Source of the DNA: Thecamonas trahens ATCC 50062
Lineage: Eukaryota; Protista; Apusomonadida
Length of the DNA: 64,000 bases
Reading direction: 5' to 3'
NCBI RefSeq assembly: GCF_000142905.1
Contig: NW_013657668.1
Coordinates: forward strand, 498,822-562,821
The translations under genes were made by a program, and so were the position numbers. Position 1 is the first letter of the stretch, and every line of letters starts with the position of its first letter. Under the pieces are notes generated by a model. It was given only the letters and a program-made list of their open reading frames with translations, did no database searches and was not told where the DNA came from. Positions 60,001-64,000 of this stretch are shown piece by piece.

Positions 60001-60690
60001 CGTCATCAACCAGCGAGCCACAAAGATCCTCGACAAGATGCTCGCGGATGGCGCGCGATGCGTCACTTGCGAGCCACGCCTTGACCAGCGGAAGAAACAG
60101 GTCGCCGAGTGGTAGGCACGGGGCCAAGTCGGCAGGGCACTCGCCTGAGAAACAGGCTCGAAGTACAGCCAGCATGTCAAGCGGGTTGTCCAGCGACGAG
60201 ACGATCTCGGCAACGATGTCACTTGCCGTTAAGCCGTCAGGCGTTTCGGTGAGCGCCGTAAGTGCAACAAGGTCAGCAGGATGCGGGACAGAGTAGGTGT
60301 CGAGCGGCGGTACAACGTGTACGTCGCCGGTTGCGTTGTTCACGACCACAGCATCGGGCCCAAGCGAGCCATGCGCACGGCCGGAGGCGTGAAGAGCAGC
60401 GAGGGCAGCAGCAAGTTGGGCAAAGACGCACGCGCGGGCGAGCGGCAACGGATGCGATTCTATAAAGTCTGCTAACGGCACAGCAGCGGGGGAGGCCATG
60501 GAAAGATGCCCATGGTCATGTCTGTCTCTGGGTGGGTAACGGTGGCAGCGCGGGCTGGGAAGGCCAGAGCCGGCAGCGGGTCCGTCCCGGCAACGATGAC
60601 CACGGGCACGTCATTGAGCGACGCGACCAATGCCGAGGAAGCGGCTGGGTGCGGGGAGGGGAACGAGAGTGTATCCCATGGTATTGACAT
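54080..60690 (-). CDS. ~2200-aa multidomain protein: degenerate kinase, helical repeats, GlnD/DUF294-type nucleotidyltransferase + substrate-binding helical domain, atypical (PI3/4K/HipA-like) kinase, LRRs, WD40-like propeller; one frame break near 60501
   Basis: LVGLGSVARGEMAPFSDLDIVFLV...GFRLDE (pol-beta NTase); VDVKTDL...STLARLDAL...LGLRMVAQL (DUF294_C-like); HFKLDPELPAMELAV...NPEDGKEDNY...IVPIDNDH; LQWLDVSYCSKL/LDLRGCANV; C-terminal beta-strand repeats. Upstream ORF MSIPWDTLSF (ATG 60690) joins with +1 nt. Confidence 0.75.
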
Positions 60691-60932
60691 GGCAAGAGAG
60701 AGAGAGAGAGAGTGTGTGTGTGTGTGCGTGCGTGTGGGTGGAGGGAGAGGGAGAGCGGTGGATATGCTTGTGCCCACGTGCCGGTTGTGGCTGACGGCTG
60801 TGGCTGACAGTCACACACACATTTACGGCGACATGGCGAGCGACGGCAGAGGAAACGGCAGTGCACTCTACTCGGTTGGGATAGGAGGGCTCGGGGGTGG
60901 AGAGGCTGGTGTCGTTGGCGATGGTGATGAGC

Positions 60933-62664
60933 CATGGCATGGGAGGGGGGATTGTGGCTGGGATAGGAGTGATGATGGTGGAGCAGTGGATGAGGGTGGT
61001 GGTTTGTGGTGATCGGACGTACTGAGTATGGTAGGGGGGACAAGGGGGGTCAAGACGTGGGTGGCGTGGCGGGCGACAGGGTGGTAAGTATGGGGAGTGA
61101 GCGTGCGGATTGATGTGGATGGGTATGGTAAGGCTGATGGCTGTGTGTGACGTGTGTGCGATGAGGGAGCCGGGTACTTGGGCGGCAGGGGGAGGAGGGC
61201 GGACGGATTGGATTGAGATGGACGTCGATGAAGACGATCGCTTGAGATTGGAAGAGGAGGCAGACAACTGCACTCTAGCCCACCACTGCATTGCATATCG
61301 ATTACCCTTGTCCTCTCTTGTTCTTCCTCGCCCTGACCAGTCCACAGGCTTCGTCGTCTGGCTCGGTGATCGCAGTTGGGAGGGCTGGCGATGAGCAGGC
61401 CGGCGGGGGCTGCGATGGGCAAGGCCGGAGGAGGGAGGGGAGGATTGGGTTGGAGGGCAGACTGGTAGTCATTGCTATTGCTGTGGCTATCCGTATGCAT
61501 CGTCTCCAATGCCCTGTCGATGGCGAGCTTGCTCTCGGTGGCGCCGGCGATGGTCGGTCGGCGGCGGGCGGCGGTCGGCGGCGAGCAGCAGGCGGCCGGC
61601 AGCGATGCTGTTGACGGGATGGCGTCGGCTAATGTGCGCATCGGCGCGCAGGGAGTGGGTGGATATGTTTGTACGGGTAGTGGGTATGTGTGGTGTGAGT
61701 GTGGTGATTGTGGGTGGGGATGGTGGGGAGTGGGGGTCGGATATGGGCCCGCGGCAGGGAGTCAGCACCTTCGAAGGGACACAGGGTCAATAACTTGGGC
61801 CTCAGGTGGCAGAACTCGGATTCTGGAATACTACAGCTGTGGATTGGAGACTGTACAAGGGGGTAGTGTGGGCGTGTAATAGAGTAGAAGTGAAATTCGA
61901 TTTGGCATATCTTGCAATGAGGTTGATGGGGGGCATGTGCGAGGTCGGGCGGTCGAGGACGGGCTCGACCACCTAGGCAAAACAAGCCGACGCGGAAATG
62001 AGCCGAGGAAGATGGGTGTCGATGACGACGATATTGATACTGGTGCTAGTGCATGGCGAGTGAAAACCTTGGGTGTGGTCGCGGGTTGTGTAGCTAGTGG
62101 TGGGAGGGAGCTAGGTGGTGATGAAGGTGGGCTGAACGGACGAGCGGGCGGCGGCTGGCGGCTGGTGGTCGGCGAGGCGGAGCAGCTGAGGGGGCTGGGT
62201 CGGGACTGGGTGGCTCGAAATTGCTGTTGGTTGGACGATGGGCAGCATGACTGGTGATGGTTGAGGGGTGGCGGTGTCGTGGGCGAGGATGAGGATGGGG
62301 GTGAGATGGAGCGGGAGAGACGAGGAGGACGAGGAGGAAGAGGAAGCCGAGTGCGCGATAGGGTGGTGATGGGTATGGCCATAGCATGGGGGTGGGAGTT
62401 GCAGCTGGAATGGGAGTGGTGGTGGTGGAGTAGAGGTGGGGGTGGTCGTTTGTGGTGACGGGTGGTAATGAGTATGGTAGGGGGGATGAGGGGGGTCGTG
62501 ACGTGGGTGACGGGACGGGCGAAGCGGTGGTGGATATGGCGATTGGGCTTGAGCATTGATGAAGGTGCGTATGATACGGCTAATGGGTGTGTGTGGGGTG
62601 TGGGCGATAGGGGCGGCGGGTACTTGGCCGGCAGAGGGAAGGCGGCGGACGTCAATTGAGTTGA
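60933..62664. repeat. Diverged direct duplication of about 285 bp in the subtelomere (60933-61216 and 62381-62664)
   Basis: Shared collinear blocks TTTGTGGTGA, TGAGTATGGTAGGGGGGA, GACGTGGGTG, CGGGTACTTGG.CGGCAG, GGCGGACG. Confidence 0.8.
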
Positions 62665-63642
62665 ACGTTGAATTAATTGAAGAAAAGCCGGAACCAGCAT
62701 CAAACGAGGCAATGACGTCCACAACAACAACCAAAGATCATACATGACTTGCACAGCACACGTAAAAGTAAGCCCACAGGGACTGGACAAAGCTAGCAGG
62801 CAATGGGATGGACTCGGGTGACGTTCAGGTCGATGACGCAGGGCGCGGTTGATCGATCAGATCTGCAGATCAACCACCACCACGACACAACAGGGTCAAC
62901 ACAAAATACATTGCATGAACAACTATTGACCATAGCCAACGACAACAAAGTTGAGAATCGATAGTGTAGTGAGCAAGGGCCGAAGATGGACGTCGGAGTC
63001 AAGGTCGATGAAAACAGGAGAATCAAGAACAATTGAAGCATGACGAATAATGATAAAAGCAACAACAAGAGCGAAAGGAATGATAAATGGGAATGCGTGT
63101 CGATTGTAGTCAACCATCAAAGGCAAGAGCAACCACAGCAGAACATGAAGGCAGACAATAGCAAACTCAAAGCATGCGGAAACATGAACGGCAAGGAACA
63201 AAGAACATGGTCAGCCGACGAGAACAGAAGCAGAAAGAATCGAATGATCAATTGACAATAATCAATAACAATCAATTGAATGTCAAACAATCGAACGAGT
63301 GACGAGTGGCGAATCATGAAAATGTTGAATGACATTCATGTCAAACAACAACCCGCACATGCCACTCGGCCGAGCAAGTGACACGGGCAAGTGTCAATGG
63401 AGGGATGGGGATAGTGAATCAGCATCAAAGACTCAATTCAAGCCCATGCCCAGCCATTCGCATGGTGGGATGGAGGATGAGTATGGTGGGGTGGGTGGGA
63501 CTGTGGATGTGGGTCATGGATGGGATGGGAAGGGGTGGCCAGGAGGCTGTGATTGGCAAGTAAAGTGAGTGGTGGTCGGTGGGGAGGTATGAAGTGGGGC
63601 TAGGCTTGATGAGGCATCAGCTAGGGATGACGAGGCATCAGC

Positions 63643-64000
63643 TAGGGTTAGGGTTAGGGTTAGGGTTAGGGTTAGGGTTAGGGTTAGGGTTAGGGTTAGG
63701 GTTAGGGTTAGGGTTAGGGTTAGGGTTAGGGTTAGGGTTAGGGTTAGGGTTAGGGTTAGGGTTAGGGTTAGGGTTAGGGTTAGGGTTAGGGTTAGGGTTA
63801 GGGTTAGGGTTAGGGTTAGGGTTAGGGTTAGGGTTAGGGTTAGGGTTAGGGTTAGGGTTAGGGTTAGGGTTAGGGTTAGGGTTAGGGTTAGGGTTAGGGT
63901 TAGGGTTAGGGTTAGGGTTAGGGTTAGGGTTAGGGTTAGGGTTAGGGTTAGGGTTAGGGATAGGGTTAGGGTTACGGTTAGGGTTAGGGTTAGGGTTAGG
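63643..64000 (+). repeat. Telomere (TTAGGG)n, about 59 units
   Basis: Near-perfect array to the end of the window, G-rich strand pointing outward; two single-base variants near 63960 and 63976. Confidence 0.99.

Noticed and set aside
673-60475. Numerous long antisense or alternative-frame ORFs (e.g. 1652..2836, 30468..32309, 39219..40730, 56702..57943)
   Set aside because: Shadow ORFs expected from high GC3 codon bias; no motifs.
60780-63600. Subtelomeric Pro/His-rich or hydrophobic ORFs; possible telomeric retroelement
   Set aside because: Low-complexity products of strand skew; no RT, endonuclease or transposase motifs seen.

Overview
GC-rich, gene-dense, intron-poor eukaryotic (protist) chromosome end. 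The window finishes in a (TTAGGG)n telomere. Gene style (few GTACGC/GTACGT introns, FG-GAP and Cys-rich/7TM surface-protein expansions) is compatible with an apusomonad such as Thecamonas trahens, but this is an unverified impression. There are about 19 protein genes: a class-3 lipase, two LRR proteins (one LRRC9-like), a divergent heliorhodopsin, two giant adhesin-like multi-TM proteins, an HSF transcription factor, a selenocysteine (UGA) glutathione peroxidase with a candidate non-canonical SECIS, an ABCC/MRP transporter, an SH3/coiled-coil protein, guanine deaminase, a bacterial-type MutS (MSH1-like), HYPK, an FG-GAP membrane protein, a receptor with two pseudokinases and a degenerate cyclase, and a telomere-proximal ~2200-aa pseudokinase/nucleotidyltransferase/atypical-kinase/LRR/propeller fusion. 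Strongest leads: (1) a heliorhodopsin that keeps the retinal Lys but lacks the canonical counterion and has a new Glu in helix B; (2) the subtelomeric NTase-kinase-LRR-WD40 protein; (3) a CUGA-type SECIS; (4) convergent stop codons only 6-11 nt apart and sense-strand poly-C tracts before start codons. Nine single-base frame breaks split seven genes; these are most likely homopolymer sequencing errors. All family calls come from motif recognition by eye; no database search was run.
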